Below the pieces are notes generated by a model that did no database searches, was not told the origin of the DNA, and saw nothing but the letters and a program-made list of their open reading frames with translations. A stretch of DNA of 64,000 nucleotides, from contig CAZNWC010000001.1 of NCBI GenBank assembly GCA_964577055.1, positions 129 through 64,128 on the forward strand, in the 5' to 3' direction. This document shows positions 18,619-29,673 of this stretch, piece after piece; the first letter of the stretch is position 1; every line of letters begins with the position of its first letter. A program made the position numbers and the translations under genes. The DNA comes from an uncultured Chitinophaga sp. Lineage in GTDB: Bacteria > Bacteroidota > Bacteroidia > UBA7662.

Positions 18619-21600
18619 TGATCACCTCCTTCGGGTTGTGGGTCATTTGTATTGGGCGCGTCACCTTCCCCTCCTTCGGGATTCATCGCACCGGGAGCTG
18701 TACTTCGGCCTTTTACTTGTCGGGCTTTTAATTCATCCAACCGTCGTTGCGCCTGCAAGGTGATGGCATCGGCAGCTCTGTTGTCGACAATGCTCTGCAA
18801 AGTTGCAATGGCCTGGAAATCTTCTTCCAAGGCAACATAGGTCTCAGCCAGCAGCAAAAAAGCTTTGCCAATCCAAGTATCGTAATAGGGTATTTTGTCA
18901 ACCAATTCGAAAATCGTCTGCTGCGCCAAGGCGTAGTCAGCACGCTTGTATTGTATTTCGGCCAAATAATATTTGGCAGCTGCGCCGTACTCGCCTTTGT
19001 TTTGCTCGTAGATGGCAGTGAAAGCCAAAAGTGCTTCCGATAATTGGCCGTCTTGCAGTTGAAGCTGCGCCAAAACCAGATCCGCTTCTAACTTGGCCTG
19101 CTCATCAGCATGTTCAAACTGTTTGATTTTCTCGGCATATGCCTTGGCCAAGGCCTTCTCCGACTGACCAAAATAAGCACGCATCAAGCCTTGAATGGCG
19201 TCCAAATAATTCCAACGCGAGTCGCTGTTTTGCTCGAGCAAACCAAAATACTTAACCGCCTGTGCAGTATCGCGCTTGGTTGAATAAAGTTTAGCCAAAC
19301 GGGCATATACCCGCTCAGAATACAGGCTGCGCGGCTGATCAGCCACAAATACCAAATCCTGCAGCATCAAGGTTGTATCGCCTTTGCGGCCGTAACAATC
19401 GGCCCGGAGAAACCTTGCGCTCACCACAAAATAGCCGTCGGGAAACCGATTGATGTATCTGGTTAACGAGGCAATGCCGTTATCACAGTCATTTTGGTTG
19501 TAAGCCAATTCCGCTGCCTGAAAAGTAATGGAATCTTCTTCAGAAAGGGTTACCGTGGCAGATGGCACAGTGGCCGCAAACGCCAGGTATTCATCTACTT
19601 TGTTCAGTTGGATGCATACATTTTTTACCCCAACCAAGGCATCACGAGCCTCTTGGGTCTTGGGATACTGGGCGATCACTGCCTTGTAAGCGTCTAAGGC
19701 TGCCTGATATTGTTCTTGGTTGTAATATACAAGTCCCTTCACCAAAATGGCTTTTTTGAGCAACAAGCTGTTCGGGCGTTTTTCTGATAAAGTCTCGATT
19801 TGTTTGAGTGCTTGTTGGTAATTGTCATCCAGAAAATAGGTGTTTGCCAATTCTAAAATGGCATTGTCGAGGTAGAGCGATCCTGGAAAACGCTTTTGAA
19901 ATTGCAGCAGCGCACTCACTTTTTTGTCCTTTTGCTTGAGCAATCCGAACAGAATGGCTTCTTGATAATTGGCGTAATCAGCACCTGTCAAATTTTTGGC
20001 CATCACTGCTTGGTAATGACGCAAAGCTTCTGTGTAGGTGCTGATGGCAAAATAGGCATCAGCCAACCGCAGCAACATATCGCCGTATGCGCTTTGGGCA
20101 AAAGCTTGGTTTTGCACCTTGGCAGGCTGCTTTTGCAAATCTTTTAGCCCAGCCTCAAATTGGGTAATGGCAAGCACATACTCCTGCCGTTTAAAATAGG
20201 CATACCCCAAACCATAATGGGCAGCAAACAAGGTATTTTCCGCTTCGAACCCATCCGTCACCGGATACGCTTGAATGAAGCGCTGATAATCGGCAATGGC
20301 ACCAGCCAAATCGCCCAAACGATACAAGGCCTCTGCTTTCCAATAAAGTGCTTTGGCCGTGATGTTTTTATCAATGCTTTGTGACAGCGATTTGTCGAAG
20401 TTCTTTACAGCTTCTTGGTAAACACCTTGGTTGAATACTTCTACGCCTCTGTAATAGGCCACTTTTTGGTACGACCGGTTGATGGTGAGGTTGCGTGCGG
20501 CAATGGCTTCAATTACCTCCACTGCTTCTTTGAAGTTTTTGGTCGACAACAACAGATTGCCCAGCAATTCTTTGGCTTCATCTCCAAACTTTGATGTTGG
20601 ATAATTGGCCAAAAAATCTTTCAGCCAAGTCAACGATTGAGGGTGAATATTGAGCTCGTAACCAAGCTTCGCATGATTAAAAGCAGCCATCTCTTGAATG
20701 TCTACATCCACATTTAAGCGTGATGCAGCATAAAAGCTACTCAGGGCCTGCTCTTTTAGACCCAATCGCAAATAACTGTCGCCCAACATGAAGGTAGCAC
20801 TCTGCCCCACACTATCGGTTCGAGAAGCCGCTTTGCTCAGGTATTTTACAGCTTCCTTGTAATCGCGCCCGACGTATGCGGCATAACCTAACTGATAATA
20901 ATCTTCACTGACCAGCTGTCCTCCTTGCTCCTGGTATCGCTTTAAATAGGGAATGGCTTTTACAAATTCCCCCTTTTTAAAATAGGCTTGGGCAATGAGA
21001 TAGTTGATGGCAGCAAGCTGCTTTACTTCTTTGTTCGCCGAAAGTGGCAAAGCATATGCTAAGAGCGCATCATAACGTCCGAGCTCAAATTGCAATTTCG
21101 TAATGTAATAAGGAATGATGCGTGCGTAATTCGCAGATTCACGTAACTTGTCGAAATAGGCCAATGCTGCCTCTCCTTCACCTTCTTGGTAGGCAATAAC
21201 CCCTAAATAATAGTTTGCGGGGTAGTGATATTCATTTTTTAAGCCACTGATTTGCTCAAAAGCTTGTTTGGCTTCTTTGAACATGTCGCGTGTAAAGTAG
21301 CTGTATCCGAGGTAGTACCGGGCCTTGGCACTTTGATCGAGTGCGAGTAAACTCGCATCCAGACTGCTTAGCACTGGAATTACCTCCTTGTACTTTTTGG
21401 AAATGAAATAGAATTGCCCTAAAAAGAACTTTACTTCATTTACTTCCAAAGCATCAGGATATTCCTCAATAAAGGCCAATAATTGGTGGTCAGCATCTTT
21501 CTGTCGCAATTGTGCTGTGCTGAGGGCCCGATAGTATTTCGCCCTGCGGTAAACATCCTGGTCTTCTTTCAGTTCTGATGGCGGAAATATGGCAGCCATC

Positions 21601-21767
21601 AAGCGCTCCGACTGTCGCTTTACTGCCACATAGCGGCTGTTTTGGTACAACGATTCTATCATGCGCATCTGCTCTTGATTTGCATCATAGATTTGGGTTC
21701 GTTGTGCTTTCACCAGAATGGAAAAACACAGCAGCAACACCAAAGCACCTATCCATTTTTTTTGCAT
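18615..21767 (-). CDS. Large tetratricopeptide-repeat protein (~1050 aa), secreted or lipoprotein. The start is assigned to MQKKWIGALVLLLC.
   Basis: More than 15 TPR-like repeats (..YYLGYSYF.., ..AEALYRLGDLAGAIADYQRFIQAYP..). Low-complexity C-terminal tail. Confidence 0.75.
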   Translation of the reverse strand: MQKKWIGALVLLLCFSILVKAQRTQIYDANQEQMRMIESLYQNSRYVAVKRQSERLMAAIFPPSELKEDQDVYRRAKYYRALSTAQLRQKDADHQLLAFIEEYPDALEVNEVKFFLGQFYFISKKYKEVIPVLSSLDASLLALDQSAKARYYLGYSYFTRDMFKEAKQAFEQISGLKNEYHYPANYYLGVIAYQEGEGEAALAYFDKLRESANYARIIPYYITKLQFELGRYDALLAYALPLSANKEVKQLAAINYLIAQAYFKKGEFVKAIPYLKRYQEQGGQLVSEDYYQLGYAAYVGRDYKEAVKYLSKAASRTDSVGQSATFMLGDSYLRLGLKEQALSSFYAASRLNVDVDIQEMAAFNHAKLGYELNIHPQSLTWLKDFLANYPTSKFGDEAKELLGNLLLSTKNFKEAVEVIEAIAARNLTINRSYQKVAYYRGVEVFNQGVYQEAVKNFDKSLSQSIDKNITAKALYWKAEALYRLGDLAGAIADYQRFIQAYPVTDGFEAENTLFAAHYGLGYAYFKRQEYVLAITQFEAGLKDLQKQPAKVQNQAFAQSAYGDMLLRLADAYFAISTYTEALRHYQAVMAKNLTGADYANYQEAILFGLLKQKDKKVSALLQFQKRFPGSLYLDNAILELANTYFLDDNYQQALKQIETLSEKRPNSLLLKKAILVKGLVYYNQEQYQAALDAYKAVIAQYPKTQEARDALVGVKNVCIQLNKVDEYLAFAATVPSATVTLSEEDSITFQAAELAYNQNDCDNGIASLTRYINRFPDGYFVVSARFLRADCYGRKGDTTLMLQDLVFVADQPRSLYSERVYARLAKLYSTKRDTAQAVKYFGLLEQNSDSRWNYLDAIQGLMRAYFGQSEKALAKAYAEKIKQFEHADEQAKLEADLVLAQLQLQDGQLSEALLAFTAIYEQNKGEYGAAAKYYLAEIQYKRADYALAQQTIFELVDKIPYYDTWIGKAFLLLAETYVALEEDFQAIATLQSIVDNRAADAITLQAQRRLDELKARQVKGRSTAPGAMNPEGGEGDAPNTNDPQPEGGDQ

Positions 21768-21947
21768 GCTTACTTTGTTTGAATGGCCTAATAACGCGTT
21801 TGCTCTACATAGAGTACACCTAAACAAAACTACTTAAGGCATTTCCCCAAATGCAGTGTATGCCCTTAAATAGTTTTGAACAGTGTGGATAAAATCGGTC
21901 AAAACACTGTGTGACTGTCCAAAAAAATCCCGCCGAAGCGGGATTGT

Positions 21948-24254
21948 TTAAAAACTGAGGGTAACCCCCAAACTGGGCAAAATGGGCAATTGATTCACCC
22001 GATTAAATCTCACCCGATCGAAATAGAAAATATTCTCTCGATTGTATGCATTGCTCAAGCTGAAATTAAAATCCAACTCAGAGCGATCGCTAATGGCCCA
22101 AACGTGGCGCAATGAAACATCCAAACGATGGTATGTAGGCAGCCTGCCTTGGTTAAAGTCAGCATATACAATGCCCAATCCACCATTTTGACTTAAATAA
22201 TCAGCATTGATGCCGTTAAGCGAAAGATTCGGGTAAAAACCTTGCGTTTGCGTAAATGGGAATCCCGATCCAAAATTCCAACGCCCACTTAACTCCCAAT
22301 TCAGATTTTCACCGAAGGTGTAGGTCGAAACCAAATTGATATTGTGTCGGCGGTCGAAACTAGGATTGTAAGTGCGAATGCCATCAAATCTGTCGACATA
22401 AGTCCATGAATATGTGGCCCAGAAGTAAAAACGCTTGCGGTCATACTTCAAACGGAAATCAAAACCATACGCCTGCCCACGTTCCACGATATAGTCCTTT
22501 TTGAGAAAATCAGGCTTGTCGTTAAACTCGGTTATATCAGCATAAATCTTGTCTCGGTTGATATTGGTGAGTTGGTTAAAATCTTTGATGTAGGCTTCTG
22601 CATTGAATTCGAAAAACCTTCCAAAGTCAATTTCAGCACCTGCAATGGCGTGGCGGGCTTTTTGCAATTTGCTGGTTACAGGCGCTCCATCGAAGGTGCG
22701 TGGCAAATTGTCGGGGCCCGACAAAAATCCATAAAACAAATTCACAATGTCGCGATCAGACTGTGCCGAAATCAAGTTTTGCGAGTACAATCCACCGGCA
22801 AACTTCAATCGGAGACGTTTGGTAAGGTTGTACTTCGCACCCAAACGAGGTTCTAAACTCACCTCCCCCAAAGAAGAGTAAGAATGCAAACGAAATCCGG
22901 GTTCAAATACCAACTTATCTGTCAGGTATTTGTACTTCACATAACCTGCAAGTTCTGTGGTGCTGGCATCTTGGCTCAAAATCAATCCGCCGGGATTGGT
23001 AAACCTAAAATTGGTACTGAAACCAATCACATCTACCCCATAAACCACTTCATTTTCACCCAAAAACTGGGTGATGTTTACGTTTCCATTGAATCCAGTG
23101 ATACCACTCTCCCTGGGGGCACCATCGGCTTCCACCTGTGTGGCTTGATAATCGGAATACGCCACGGTACCGCTGATGAGCGAGGTAGAACCTTCAGGAA
23201 TCAATACGAAATTTGCACCTGTTCCGAATGAATTCCAGCTGATATCCGCTACCTGTCTAAAATTAACCCGGTCATTAAAATTAAAACCAAACAGACTGAG
23301 CTTGCTTCCGTTTTTGGCCTTGAAAGTGGTTTTTGCGTAAATATCATTGAAGCTAAAAGGCAGTCCATTGCTGTCGGCATAACTATACAACAGCTTTGAA
23401 GTACGGTCGAGATAAGAGGTCTTACCGGCAATCACAAAAGTCGGGGCCAATCGATCCGGATTTTTGGGTTTTGCCAAAGGCCCTTCGAGCACCAAGCGGC
23501 TCATAAATGGACTTGCACCAACCTTACCGGTTAACCTTTTCTGATTACCATCCCGTGTTGTTACATCCATCACCGCCGAAATACGTCCGCCGTGATTGGC
23601 GTTGTAGCCCCCGGTATATACGTCGGCGTTTTTGATGATATCGGTTTCAAAGACCGAAAACAGGCCAATGGAGTGGAAAGGATTGTAAATAATCATGCCG
23701 TCGAGCAGCACCTTGTTCTGCACCGGTGAACCACCTCTGATGTACAATTGACCACCTTGGTCGCCTGTGAAAACCACACCAGGCAATACCTGAAGGTACT
23801 GGGCAATGTCGGCATCACCCCCAACACTTACAATTTGGGTGATTTGTTTGGGTGTAACGGTTTCAACCGATACTTTCACCGAAGTCAATTGTTCTTGCTT
23901 TTCGGCACTTACTTCAATGGCATTCAGCTGAATGCTCGATTTGTTCAGGAAAAGCTTATGGTTCACTATACCACCTGAACGGAGCACGACTTGAACCGCT
24001 GCCGTATCGTAGCCGAGGTAGGTACTCATCAATGTATATGTACCCGCTGGTACACGTGTGATCGAAAAAAAACCATTCACATCGGTACTTGCTCCAAATG
24101 TGGTTCCCTTTAAAAATACGTTTGTGAACAAAATTGGCTCACCACTCGACTTATCATAAACAAACCCACGAATGGTACCGCTTGCATCTTGTGCTTTTGC
24201 TCCCAGGACTCCGAAAAAAATCAAAAAAGCGAAGCCTGCTAAAAAATCCTTCAT
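21948..24254 (-). CDS. TonB-dependent receptor with an N-terminal carboxypeptidase-regulatory-like domain.
   Basis: CarbPepD_reg motif (TIRGFVYDKSSGEPILFTNVFL..TDVNGFFSI), plug and barrel. C-terminal ..LGVTLSF. Confidence 0.85.
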   Translation of the reverse strand: MKDFLAGFAFLIFFGVLGAKAQDASGTIRGFVYDKSSGEPILFTNVFLKGTTFGASTDVNGFFSITRVPAGTYTLMSTYLGYDTAAVQVVLRSGGIVNHKLFLNKSSIQLNAIEVSAEKQEQLTSVKVSVETVTPKQITQIVSVGGDADIAQYLQVLPGVVFTGDQGGQLYIRGGSPVQNKVLLDGMIIYNPFHSIGLFSVFETDIIKNADVYTGGYNANHGGRISAVMDVTTRDGNQKRLTGKVGASPFMSRLVLEGPLAKPKNPDRLAPTFVIAGKTSYLDRTSKLLYSYADSNGLPFSFNDIYAKTTFKAKNGSKLSLFGFNFNDRVNFRQVADISWNSFGTGANFVLIPEGSTSLISGTVAYSDYQATQVEADGAPRESGITGFNGNVNITQFLGENEVVYGVDVIGFSTNFRFTNPGGLILSQDASTTELAGYVKYKYLTDKLVFEPGFRLHSYSSLGEVSLEPRLGAKYNLTKRLRLKFAGGLYSQNLISAQSDRDIVNLFYGFLSGPDNLPRTFDGAPVTSKLQKARHAIAGAEIDFGRFFEFNAEAYIKDFNQLTNINRDKIYADITEFNDKPDFLKKDYIVERGQAYGFDFRLKYDRKRFYFWATYSWTYVDRFDGIRTYNPSFDRRHNINLVSTYTFGENLNWELSGRWNFGSGFPFTQTQGFYPNLSLNGINADYLSQNGGLGIVYADFNQGRLPTYHRLDVSLRHVWAISDRSELDFNFSLSNAYNRENIFYFDRVRFNRVNQLPILPSLGVTLSF

Positions 24255-24366
24255 GTAAACAAATTGGAATGCCGAATTTAGCCTTTCAGCGGCCAAATGC
24301 CAACTACAAATTTTAACAAGCTGTTAAAATGCGTTAAACGTCAGTTTAATGACAAACGGTTGACAA

Positions 24367-24978
24367 TTACAAAATGCTAAGGTCGCCTTTGCCAGCTCTG
24401 ATTACTTCTATCTCATCGCTGCTGCAATCCAAAACCGTTGATGGTTCGTTTTCTCCGTAACCACCATCCACCAGCATGTCTATTTCATCACCATAACGTC
24501 CCCAAATTAAATCGGGATCAGTGGTGTACTCTACCACATCATCTAAATCGAGCACTGAGGATGAAACAATTGGATTGCCGAGGGCTTGTACAATCGCCCG
24601 GGCAATGGCATTATCGGGCACACGGATGCCAATGGTTTTGCGTTTGCTGTGAAAAATTTTGGGCACTTGCCCATTGGCCTTCAAGATGAAAGTATACGGA
24701 CCAGGTAAAGCGCGCTTCATCATCTTAAAAACCTGATTCGGCAACTGCATGGTATAGTCCGACAAATTGCTCAAATCGTGGCATATGATGGCGTATTGAC
24801 CTTGTTCGAGCTTTTTGAGTCGGTTGATTTTGTCGATGGCCTTGTTGTTGTACATGTCGGCGCCGAAGGCATAAATGGTATCCGTTGGATAAATAATCAC
24901 CCCGCCTGCCTTCAGACAGTCAACCACTTGCTGCAGTTGCTTGTCGTTCACATTTTCTTCGTACAATCGAACCCGCAT
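24367..24978 (-). CDS. tsaC: L-threonylcarbamoyladenylate synthase (YrdC/Sua5 family).
   Basis: ..VIIYPTDTIYAFGAD.. YrdC signature. ~200 aa. Confidence 0.85.
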   Translation of the reverse strand: MRVRLYEENVNDKQLQQVVDCLKAGGVIIYPTDTIYAFGADMYNNKAIDKINRLKKLEQGQYAIICHDLSNLSDYTMQLPNQVFKMMKRALPGPYTFILKANGQVPKIFHSKRKTIGIRVPDNAIARAIVQALGNPIVSSSVLDLDDVVEYTTDPDLIWGRYGDEIDMLVDGGYGENEPSTVLDCSSDEIEVIRAGKGDLSIL

Positions 24979-25038
24979 GGTGTAAAAATACGAAAAGCAG
25001 GGCGTTAACCCTGCTTTTCCTTCTATCTGCATTATTGG

Positions 25039-26229
25039 TTATTTCAAAACCGATTCTACCAAACCAGCGGCTTCTTCTAAACCTACAGCACCCATGATTT
25101 TGAGTCCCGAAGCATCCAGAATTTCTTTGGCTTCTTTGGCATTGGTACCTTGCAGGCGTACAATGATGGGCACTTTGATATCGCCAATCTGCTTGTAAGC
25201 CTCTACGATACCGTTGGCTACGCGGTCACAACGTACAATGCCACCGAAGATGTTCACCAAAATGGCCTTCACATTCGGATCTTTCAAGATAATGTTAAAA
25301 GCGTTGGCAACACGTTCGGCATTGGCGGTACCACCCACATCTAGGAAGTTGGCAGGCTCGCCACCTGATAATTTGATGATGTCCATGGTTGCCATGGCCA
25401 AACCAGCACCGTTTACCATGCAACCCACGTTTCCGTCGAGTTTTACATAGTTCAAGTTGTATTCACCTGCTTCTACTTCGGTAGGGTCTTCTTCTAATAC
25501 ATCGCGCATGGCGGCGATATCAGCATGACGATACAGAGCATTCTCGTCGAGGCCCACTTTGGCATCAACAGCGATGATCTTATCATCAGAAGTCTTCAAA
25601 ACGGGATTGATTTCAAACAAACTGGCGTCGATGCCTTCGTAAGCTTTCACCAAAGAAGTCACAAACTTCACCATTTCCTTGAATGCGTTGCCGCTTAAGC
25701 CCAGGTTGAAGGCGATTTTACGTGCCTGGAATCCTTGGAGACCAACACGTGGGTCAATTTCTTCTTTGAAAATGAGGTGAGGTGTCTTTTCAGCCACTTC
25801 TTCAATGTCCATTCCCCCTTCGGTAGAATAAACAACGATGTTGCGACCCCTGGCGCGGTCGAGCAATACCGATATATAAAATTCTTTGGTCTCACTCGCA
25901 CCAGGATAGTAAACATCCTGTGCAATCAAAACCTTGTGTACTTTTTTGCCTTCAGCACCTGTTTGAGGTGTTACCAGTTGCATGCCGATGATGTTGTTTG
26001 CCTTTTCACGCACATCGTCGAGCGATTTGGCCAATTTAACGCCACCACCTTTACCGCGGCCACCAGCATGGATCTGAGCTTTTACCACCCACCAGCCTGT
26101 GCCGGTTTGTTCTTGCAGCTTCTTCGCAGCTTCTACAGCTTCATCTGCTGTATGTGCCACAATGCCTTCCTGGATGCTCACACCATATCGCTTGAGCAGC
26201 TCTTTTCCCTGGTATTCGTGAATGTTCAT
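25039..26229 (-). CDS. sucC: Succinyl-CoA synthetase beta subunit (ADP-forming).
   Basis: [17 protein letters not shown].. ATP-grasp plus CoA-ligase domain. Confidence 0.9.
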   Translation of the reverse strand: MNIHEYQGKELLKRYGVSIQEGIVAHTADEAVEAAKKLQEQTGTGWWVVKAQIHAGGRGKGGGVKLAKSLDDVREKANNIIGMQLVTPQTGAEGKKVHKVLIAQDVYYPGASETKEFYISVLLDRARGRNIVVYSTEGGMDIEEVAEKTPHLIFKEEIDPRVGLQGFQARKIAFNLGLSGNAFKEMVKFVTSLVKAYEGIDASLFEINPVLKTSDDKIIAVDAKVGLDENALYRHADIAAMRDVLEEDPTEVEAGEYNLNYVKLDGNVGCMVNGAGLAMATMDIIKLSGGEPANFLDVGGTANAERVANAFNIILKDPNVKAILVNIFGGIVRCDRVANGIVEAYKQIGDIKVPIIVRLQGTNAKEAKEILDASGLKIMGAVGLEEAAGLVESVLK

Positions 26230-26348
26230 GCAATTTATTTTAGCTGGCCAAAAATAGGGCGAATTAGCGTGAAAGCCAAGTGCAAAAAAGGCCTGAAAAC
26301 AAAAAGAGCCGATCGTTCTAGACCGGCTCTTTTTCATATACGGAAGAT

Positions 26349-27668
26349 TTATCCTCCGAAATCATCGAAGCTTACATGCTCTTCTGGAATACCCCAGTCG
26401 TCGCACATTTTTACCACGGCTGCGTTCATCATAGGAGGACCGCAGAAGTAAAACTCAATTTCTTCGGGATCACTGTGTTTCGACAAATAATTGTCGATGA
26501 ACGCCTGGTGTACAAATCCTAAGAAACCATCTCCTTCACGGTCTTCTACGCTGGTAGAAACTTTCCAGTTGTCCTCGGGCATAGGCTCCGACAATACAAC
26601 GTGGAAGCGGAAGTTCGGGAACTCCTTTTCAATGGCACGGAACTCATCGATGTAGAACAGCTCACGCTTCGAACGGCCACCATACCAGAAGCTCACCTTT
26701 CGGTTGGTTTTGAGGGTATGAAACAGGTGGAAGATGTGCGAGCGCAAAGGCGCCATACCTGCACCACCTCCGATGTATACCATTTCTTTGTCGGTTGGAC
26801 GGATGAAGAACTCACCGTACGGGCCAGAGATGGTTACTTTATCACCAGGTTTGCTCGAGAACACGAACGAAGAACATACGCCCGGATTTACCTGCATCCA
26901 ACGGTTGTTGGCGCGGTCCCATGGTGGGGTGGCAATACGGATGTTCAACATGATGATATTTCCTTCAGCCGGGTGGTTGGCCATTGAGTAGGCACGGAAG
27001 ATAGGCTCAGGATTCTTCATCTTGAGATCCCACAATTTGAACTTGTCCCAATCTTCTTTGAACTTGTCTTTGCCGGCAGGATCGCTCGGATGCGGCGCAA
27101 TGTCAAAGTCTTTGAAATCAACTTCGCAAGCAGGAACGTCTACCTGAATGTAACCACCCGATTCAAAATCGAGGTGTTCGCCATCGGGCAATTTCACCAC
27201 AAACTCTTTGATGAAGGTAGCTACGTTGTAGTTCGACACCACTTCACACTCCCACTTCTTGATACCAAAAATCTCTTCTGGGATGTGCACCTTCATGTCG
27301 TTTTTCACTTTCACCTGACAAGCCAGGCGCCAGTTTTCGCCTTGCTCCTTGCGCGAAAGGTGGCCTTTTTCGGTAGGCAGCACATCGCCACCACCTTCAA
27401 CAACCTGGCACTTACACATGGCGCAAGTACCGCCACCACCGCAAGCAGATGGAAGAAACAATTTCTGTTCGCTCAAGGTGCTCAGCAAAGTACTGCCGGG
27501 CTTGGTGATAATTGGGTTGGCTTCATCACCGTTTACAATGATTTTGATATCACCGCTTGGCACCAATTTCTTTTGGGCAAACATGAGGATGAACACCAGT
27601 GAAAGAATAACCAGCAAAAACGCACCTACGCTGAGGGCGATGATGGTTGTTGTGCTAAGAATCAACAT
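26349..27668 (-). CDS. nqrF: Na+-translocating NADH:quinone oxidoreductase subunit F.
   Basis: N-terminal TM helix, 2Fe-2S Cys cluster ([12 protein letters not shown]), FAD and NADH binding domains. Confidence 0.9.
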   Translation of the reverse strand: MLILSTTTIIALSVGAFLLVILSLVFILMFAQKKLVPSGDIKIIVNGDEANPIITKPGSTLLSTLSEQKLFLPSACGGGGTCAMCKCQVVEGGGDVLPTEKGHLSRKEQGENWRLACQVKVKNDMKVHIPEEIFGIKKWECEVVSNYNVATFIKEFVVKLPDGEHLDFESGGYIQVDVPACEVDFKDFDIAPHPSDPAGKDKFKEDWDKFKLWDLKMKNPEPIFRAYSMANHPAEGNIIMLNIRIATPPWDRANNRWMQVNPGVCSSFVFSSKPGDKVTISGPYGEFFIRPTDKEMVYIGGGAGMAPLRSHIFHLFHTLKTNRKVSFWYGGRSKRELFYIDEFRAIEKEFPNFRFHVVLSEPMPEDNWKVSTSVEDREGDGFLGFVHQAFIDNYLSKHSDPEEIEFYFCGPPMMNAAVVKMCDDWGIPEEHVSFDDFGG

Positions 27669-27680
27669 ATACCTGAGCGA

Positions 27681-28307
27681 TTAAAGATTGATACCAAGGA
27701 AGCTCATGAACGCTATGCCCATCAAGCCGGTGATGATAAAGGTGATGCCCAATCCACGCAAGGGTTTAGGTACATCGCTGTAACGGATTTTCATGCGGAT
27801 GGCGGCAATGGCAACGATGGCGATCAACCAACCTACTCCTGATCCCAATCCGAATACCGAAGCTTCAGCCAAGGTGTAGTCGCGCTCTTGCATGAACAAG
27901 GAGCCACCCAAAATCGAGCAGTTTACCGCAATCAAGGGCAAGAAAATACCCAAAGAGCCGTAAAGCGCAGGCGAAACCTTTTCAATCACCATTTCTACCA
28001 ATTGCACCATCGAAGCGATGGTGGCAATGAACATGATGAAAGCCAAAAAGCTCAAATCAACTTCCGCAAATGATGGATGCAAACCTGCTAAAGCGCCTTC
28101 TTTCAAAACGCCATTGAGAAGCAACCAGTTGATGGGCACTGTAACACCCAATACAAAGATAACCGCTGCACCCAAGCCGATGGCTGTTTTCACATCCTTA
28201 GAAACGGCCAGGTACGAACACATGCCCAAGAAATAGGCAAAAATCATGTTGTCGATGAAAATCGAGCGAACGAAAATACTGATGAGGTCTGATGCTAATA
28301 ACAACAT
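27681..28307 (-). CDS. nqrE: Na+-NQR subunit E.
   Basis: ~200-aa polytopic protein in operon position. NqrE/RnfA-like. Confidence 0.85.
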   Translation of the reverse strand: MLLLASDLISIFVRSIFIDNMIFAYFLGMCSYLAVSKDVKTAIGLGAAVIFVLGVTVPINWLLLNGVLKEGALAGLHPSFAEVDLSFLAFIMFIATIASMVQLVEMVIEKVSPALYGSLGIFLPLIAVNCSILGGSLFMQERDYTLAEASVFGLGSGVGWLIAIVAIAAIRMKIRYSDVPKPLRGLGITFIITGLMGIAFMSFLGINL

Positions 28308-28309
28308 GA

Positions 28310-28972
28310 TTAAGCTTCCTCCAATTTGGTATTAAGTGAACGTTGGATCCAAATGATGATGGCAATCACAAACAAGGCACCTGCAGGAATCAGCATCAAA
28401 CCATTGTTCACATAGCCCATTTCGTATACAGCATCAGGAATTACCTGAAAGCCCAAAAGTTTACCCGAACCAAACAACTCGCGGCAAAAAGCCACCGCGA
28501 TGATGATCCAAGCGTAGCCCACAGAATTTCCAAAACCATCTAAAATGGCAGGACCCGGTTTGTTGCCCATGGCAAAAGCCTCCAAGCGTCCCATTACAAT
28601 ACAGTTGGTGATGATCAAACCAACAAATACCGATAGCTGCTTGCTCACATCGTAAACAAATGCTTTTAGTATTTGGTCTACCAAAATCACAAGTACTGAA
28701 ATAACCGTGAGTTGTACAATGATCCTAATCCTCGATGGAATGGCATTTCGCATCAAAGAAATGATAAAGTTCGACAACACCACCACCGCCATTACCGAGA
28801 TGGCCATTACCATGGTTGGCTTCAACTGGGTAGTTACCGCCAGAGCCGAACAAATGCCCAATACTTGGATGGTAATTGGGTTATTGTCGCTCAGGGGATC
28901 GACCAATAGCTTACGGTCTTTTTTTGAAAGAAGCGGCTTGGCTTCTTTTACTTGCGTTTGTATGTCACTCAT
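28310..28972 (-). CDS. nqrD: Na+-NQR subunit D.
   Basis: NqrD/RnfE-like polytopic protein in operon position. Confidence 0.85.
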   Translation of the reverse strand: MSDIQTQVKEAKPLLSKKDRKLLVDPLSDNNPITIQVLGICSALAVTTQLKPTMVMAISVMAVVVLSNFIISLMRNAIPSRIRIIVQLTVISVLVILVDQILKAFVYDVSKQLSVFVGLIITNCIVMGRLEAFAMGNKPGPAILDGFGNSVGYAWIIIAVAFCRELFGSGKLLGFQVIPDAVYEMGYVNNGLMLIPAGALFVIAIIIWIQRSLNTKLEEA

Positions 28973-29673
28973 GACTGCGACTTTTTAAGGTAGGTCAAAT
29001 AAAACTGAATGTCCTCACGGAGCATGTTGGATACACCCGTTGAAGTAATGGTTCCACCAGAAATGGCGTCAACCTTGTGTGGATCGCCTGCTTCTTTGGG
29101 TTCTTTGGTCACTTGAACCGAAACAAACTCATCACCATTGAAAATCTGCTTGTTGGTGAATTGTCCTTCAAACTTGTCGGTGTTGATTTCGGCACCCAAA
29201 CCAGGCGTTTCACCTTTGTGATCGAAAACGGCCTGTTTCACAGTATTCCCGTCTTCGTCGAGTGCCAAATAACCCCAAATGGGTCCCCAGAGCCCCACGC
29301 CTGCCAATTGCAGAATGTAGGTCTTTTTACCGTTCTCTTCGTAGATGTACAAAGGGTACCTGAGTTTGTGGTTCGGGTCTTTCGACTTCACACGTTTGTC
29401 GTAAGCCAAATCAATGTCAAAAGCTTTTACGCCTTCCACTACATTGCCATTTTCGTCAATTACCACCGATTTGATGTACTCATCAAATTTCTTGTAATCA
29501 TCCGAACCGGTTTTACCCACCACGGAAAGAATGTTTTCTTGCTTCTCCTTTTTCAGGTTGGCATCTTGCATGGGTTTCAGCAAAGTTGCTGCACCAGCTA
29601 GCAGCACGGCAGCAACCACAGTGATGATCACCGCGAAAGTGATCACATAATTGTTCGAATTACGCACGAGCAA
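28969..29673 (-). CDS. nqrC: Na+-NQR subunit C (FMN-binding).
   Basis: N-terminal TM helix. The ISGGTITSTG flavinylation-site motif. Confidence 0.85.
   Translation of the reverse strand: MLVRNSNNYVITFAVIITVVAAVLLAGAATLLKPMQDANLKKEKQENILSVVGKTGSDDYKKFDEYIKSVVIDENGNVVEGVKAFDIDLAYDKRVKSKDPNHKLRYPLYIYEENGKKTYILQLAGVGLWGPIWGYLALDEDGNTVKQAVFDHKGETPGLGAEINTDKFEGQFTNKQIFNGDEFVSVQVTKEPKEAGDPHKVDAISGGTITSTGVSNMLREDIQFYLTYLKKSQS

Noticed and set aside
26601-27684. Several plus-strand ORFs of 85-170 aa antisense to nqrF.
   Set aside because: They lie opposite a high-confidence conserved gene and have no motifs. They are antisense artefacts.
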